A DNA stretch of 10,555 bases, taken from NCBI RefSeq assembly GCF_000143415.4, contig NW_003314593.1:1-10555 (forward strand), given 5' to 3'. The stretch is from Selaginella moellendorffii (lineage: Eukaryota; Plantae; Lycopodiophyta). The notes beneath the pieces are model-generated. The model searched no databases, was not told where the DNA came from, and worked only from the letters and a program-made list of their open reading frames with translations. Positions 6,601 through 10,555 of the stretch are shown piece by piece. Within the stretch, counting starts at the first letter, position 1. Every line of letters begins with the position of its first letter. The position numbers and the translations under genes were made by a program.

Positions 6601-8755
6601 CATCGGAGAAGCCAACTCTCAAGAGTCAAATCCAGAAGTTGGATCTCCAAGCAAGTTGAGCAGCACAGGAGGAGGCCACTAAAGCTATAGACCAGTTAAG
6701 TCGAGAGAAGATCGACCTTCTCGAGGACTCGACTCCAAAGATTTGCAACTGTCCAAGACGTGAAAGCAGTGCGTGACAACCGTGTCTCAGGGCTCCAGGC
6801 GGAGAAGTCCATCACACTTCAGGCGTCTAAACAGGCCAGCGACCAGCCTCCACACTCTTCTAAGTCAAGAGAAGATCAATGGATCAAGTTTGACTACACT
6901 CTACAGTGTCTGGAGCAAGGAGGGATCTATCTTATCAGCTTTCCAGTCGACGGAGATGAGACAGGAGATACTGCTGCGGTATAATGTTCACAGCTTGAAG
7001 GAATAGTAGCAAGGGAACGACTGCAACGAGATGGTGATAGCGAGAATATGATATAGCTGAAGCTGCTCGTGACGGTGGGGGTATTCGGATTCACAGAGAG
7101 GGCTGCAGAGACTATAAGACAGACTACACTCGACGTTCTCTGTCATCTGGTAGAGCTCTCTAGTTGACGGAGACTTTGAAAACGGGTCAGGGCTGTCCAG
7201 GAATGCTCGTACAGCCGCTCGGATGAAAGTATCAGCAAAGAACTCAGTGTCAGATTGCTTCAAGGGAAATCAAATCCAAAAGTTGGAGCGGGAAAACTCG
7301 GAGCTGTGGCCAAATATCCAAGCAAGTCGAGCACCACAGTAGCAGGTCACTAAAGCGTCAAGTCTGAGCTAAAGACCAGTCTCCACACTCTAAGTCGAGG
7401 GGAGATCAACGACTGGAATTGAAAGTTTCGGAAGATGGTGGCCGAGATGGAGAGTCGAAAGCGGCGGTTGACGAGGCTCCAGGCGGAGCAGTCGGCTGGA
7501 AGTGCAGCAGAGTCCATCAAACTTCGGCATCTAAACAGGCTAGCCCGCCTCCACACTCTTCTAAGTCAAGAGAAGATCAATGGATCAAGTTGGGCTACGC
7601 TCTACAGTGTCTGGAGCAAGGAGGGATCTATCTTATCGGCTTTCCAGTGGACGGAGATGATTCAGGAGCGCCTGCTGCGGTAAGGCTGTCCATGGTAGTA
7701 GCGAGGAACGACGTAAACCAGTGTCAGATGGCTGCAAGATGGCGAGAAGACGATATAGCTGAAGCTGCTCGTGACTGGGGTTTCGGATGGCTGCAGAGAC
7801 TATAAGACAGACTACGCTAGACGTTCTCTGTCATCTGGTGGAATGAGGGAAGTGTTCGGACAGGAGTTCTTGAAGGAGAAGCCCCAGGGGATAATGGCTG
7901 ACGGAGTCGAATCCGCTGCACGAGGTGGAGCTCTCGGCAAGAGCACGTGATGGCGGAGTTTGGAAGTGCAAAGGCGAGGCTGGAGAAGCAAGTAACTGGC
8001 AGCTGATGGAGAGGATCACGGGACTCGAGGCGCTGGAGGAGAGAGAGACGTGCCAGATGCAAAGCAAAGCTTTGGGCGAGGAGCTCTGAAGGTTGAAGAA
8101 GACAAGCTGAGGAGAACCGATGTGAGAGCAGAGGTTTGACGGATCAGATGGACGCTACATGCGACAAGAAGGAGCATCTGGCTTCGCAGGAAGCTGTGTT
8201 TTTGCATGCTTCCGCTCAAGCTTCTCAGCACGATCAAGGCCTGAAGTGGCGGAAGCATTCCCTAACTGCCAGAGGTTCTAAGCACGTCAAAGAAACGAGA
8301 ATGGAAGTTCAAGAAGTAACCAGCTCTCGAGAGTCAAATACAGAACAGAGGTGCAAGCCAAGTACTGACAGCTCGAGCAGCGCAGGGAAGCAGTAGCAAG
8401 CCTCCAAAGCGCCAGAGACCAGTCTCCACACTTCTAAGTCAAGAGAAGATCAACCTCTTCGAGGAGATATCCTCCCTCGACTCCAAAGTTTCGGAGATAT
8501 CTTGATCAATCGGGAGATAGCAGATAATTTTGTCAAGATCTGGGCTTCTCAAGCGGAGCTCACTGAGACGGTGCCCGAGATCGGAGCAGTCAGCCAGCCG
8601 AGTGGAGAAGAGTCCATCAAACGTTGGTGTGAGAACAGCGAGATGAAGGAGAAGATGAGATGCCAAGACGGATCAAAGACAAAGCTCTCTAGTTGATGGA
8701 AACAGGACGAGAGCTTCAATGCTGTCCAGGATCACTCTTACAGGTGCTTGGATGA
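6500..8755 (+). repeat. Three diverged tandem copies: A about 6500-7230, B about 7268-7838, C about 8274-8755
   Basis: Shared anchors: GTTCTAAGCACGTC..GAAACGAGA (A, C); TCAAAT(C/A)CA (A, B, C); CTTCTAAGTCAAGAGAAGATCAA (A, B, C); GCTGCAGAGACTATAAGACAGACTAC..GACGTTCTCTGTCATCTGGT (A, B); AGCTCTCTAGTTGA..GCTGTCCAGGA (A, C). Confidence 0.9.
6879..7150 (+). pseudogene. Possible captured 5' fragment of a 2OG-Fe(II) dioxygenase (DIOX_N-like); second copy at 7580-7838
   Basis: Peptides SKEGSILSAFQSTEMRQE, DIAEAARDWGF (copy B) and, after a 1-nt shift, ETI-DRL resemble the N-terminal IPxxF..E.R and IxEAxREWGFF...IDRL motifs. By-eye similarity only. Confidence 0.35.
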
Positions 8756-9159
8756 TAGAAGATGATGATGGCAAGATGATCTCAAACTCGAAGAAACTGC
8801 TTGTGGCAGTGGAGCCAGAGGTTCGGCTTCACAAAGACTGAAAAACGGCTGATGTTCGCCCCTGACATGCGGAGACTACAAGAGCTGGAGCAAACTCTAA
8901 GACGAAGCAACAGTCATAAAGACAGAAGATCGGACGAGTTTCATGGAACGTGGAAGCTGGTGCAAAGCGATTCAGAGGTTCAATGGCCACCTTTACAATC
9001 GAGAAATGTGGACTGAGGGTACGTAGAGTCATTCGTTTTTTCCTCTTCCATTCATTTCATCCGTGTTGTTAAACAGAAGAAGCAAGCTGCAGCGACACAC
9101 AAATTGTGATGGTAGCTCCTTTAGTATCAGCAACAAATCCTGGTGGAATATCTTCTGAG

Positions 9160-9670
9160 CTCCAACTTGGTCCAGATCGTTGGAGGCCGTCTCTTCGAGA
9201 CTAAATAAATAAAACATCTCAGAGACTACGCTAAGGAGCTGCTTATTCTGGCCAACTTGTGAGTAAATAACCTTGAGAGATTATGTTTCTTTTCTATTTG
9301 GAAAATAGTCTGACTGCCAACTTGGTCCAGATCATAAGAGGCCGCCAGAAGAATATGTAAATGAGGGTGGAGCAGGACTTGAAGCAGCGAAAGATAAAAC
9401 CAGCGTCAGAGATCATAAGAATCGAGCAAGTGGGAATGGAAAACTGTAAGATGATTTTAAAACTTGGAGAGAAAGGGAGCAGGCTGAAACAGCTAAGATC
9501 GAGCAGCAAAGATTGAGCAGCTTAAAGACGAAAAAATTTCTTAAACCAAGCAGGGGCAGCAGGTTGAAAAATCGAAGTTTTAAGTTCGCCCAGCAGAGTA
9601 GGGGCAGCAGCTTCAAAAAGAAAAGTGGAAGCAGCTAAAGAGCAGTGACAAGTTTGATCGAGCAGCAGAA
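9160..9670 (+). repeat. Degenerate short dispersed repeats, purine-rich
   Basis: CCAACTTGGTCCAGATC x2 (about 9162, 9318); GAT(C/T)GAGCA x4; AGGGGCAGCAG x2. Confidence 0.5.
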
Positions 9671-9796
9671 TAGTTCAGACTCGTGATAGTTTTTTTCATA
9701 TCATTTTCTTTGATTTAGCTGTAAAAACGATGATTTAATGTTCATAATGTTTGAATCTCTGAAAGGTCCGAGATCCGACTTGCAACAAGATGATAC

Positions 9797-10516
9797 CTAG
9801 AGCACGCTAGGGCTTGGCGGCATGGCCGCTTGGCAAGGCATCCCCCGAAAAACTCGTGAACTTTACCATGTAGGCCGAGTATTTGCAATCTGTAGACTTG
9901 TCTCTAACATCGTGGATCTTCTTGTACGTTTGCAAGGATTCCTGATCAGTTTGTCCCCGTAACTTGATTAGAAAATGGAAAAACAAATCCAGCTCAGGAA
10001 AATAAGATCTTACATAGTTTGCTCCAGAGGCATTACCATCACATAGCATGTAAATTTGAACCGACCCGACCAAATGAACGATCTTCAATCCACTGGGAGT
10101 TTAGCAACTCCACCTGTGAAATAAAAAGAACGAAACAAGAAAAAACAATGATGAGAGTCATACTATTAACAAGAACCTCCAGTGGTTCTGGGAAAAAGCA
10201 AAATCACATGAGACTAGAAGAATTCCAAAGCCTTTGAAGACGTGCACGTTGATAAAGGACGCTTTGCCTTAAATCTCCTGCTGGACTGTGGGGTAACGAT
10301 GGTGATAGCGAAGGTGTTCGACTTTCTAGACACCACGACACCACGTTAGAGCAAGAACTCAGGAGCTAATATGTACGCACCTCCAGTTGTTCCATATGGT
10401 ATAAAGCCATTTGACTTGGTCTAGAAGGTCATAAGCGGATGAAAAGGGAAAAGGCTTGCCCACCTCCTTCCAGACAGTCAAAGTTGTTACCATTGTATGG
10501 GAAAAAAACTAAATTT
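9797..10516 (-). pseudogene. Disrupted multi-exon gene, weakly Bet v1/PR-10 (SRPBCC)-like; probably continues beyond the window
   Basis: Regular GT-AG introns 10380-10326 (55 bp), 10176-10114 (63 bp) and 10013-9963 (51 bp), plus an acceptor at 10517. No single open frame. Peptides FFPYNGNNFDCLEGGGQAFSLFIRL/MTF..EQLEKVE and VGSVQIYMLCDGNASGANY|LRGQTD..KYSAYMVKF recall the LEGxG..GSIRL glycine-rich loop. Confidence 0.35.
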
Positions 10517-10555
10517 CTGCACGTCGCCACCAATCAAACTTGTAAGATTGCTGTT

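Larger units (their letters stand above)
6430..8930 (+). pseudogene. Frameshifted remnant of a long coiled-coil protein gene, internally repeated
   Basis: Heptad-like peptides in shifting frames: SKHVEETRDEVGSELEKLAARIGQLEASARTLASEK, QIQKLERENSEL, LSQEKINLFEEISSLDSKVSE, MVAEMESRKRRLTRLQAEQ, LQELEQTLRR. Many stops and frameshifts. Confidence 0.6.

Noticed and set aside
6760-9016. Numerous 60-130 aa ORFs as independent genes
   Set aside because: They are alternative frames of the repeated, frameshifted coiled-coil remnant and its insert.
9797-9830. Helitron 3' end on the minus strand (GCGGC-CAT-GCCGC hairpin then CTAG)
   Set aside because: Stem is only 5 bp, spacing is short, and the CTAG is not followed by T.

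Overview
Eukaryotic (land-plant) genomic DNA with a 275-N assembly gap. GT-AG introns of only about 50-67 bp suggest a compact plant genome such as a lycophyte (Selaginella-like; inference). 1-3635 is a heavily decayed Ty3/gypsy pol remnant (RT, RNase H, integrase core and GPY/F region) whose integrase 3' part is duplicated. Each duplicate was later hit by a different solo LTR. One is a 1146-bp TG..CA LTR carrying an ABRE/G-box-like triplet. The other is a 198-bp LTR with a perfect 5-bp TSD that contains a 5S rRNA internal-promoter segment (Cassandra-like). 4000-10555 is a mosaic of gene pieces: an LRR-receptor remnant, an apparently intact 3-exon Glu/Lys/Gln-rich orphan gene (about 522 aa), a triplicated frameshifted coiled-coil remnant with a captured 2OG-oxygenase-like piece, and a disrupted multi-exon gene weakly resembling Bet v1/PR-10. 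All alignments and translations were done by eye; no database searches were run.
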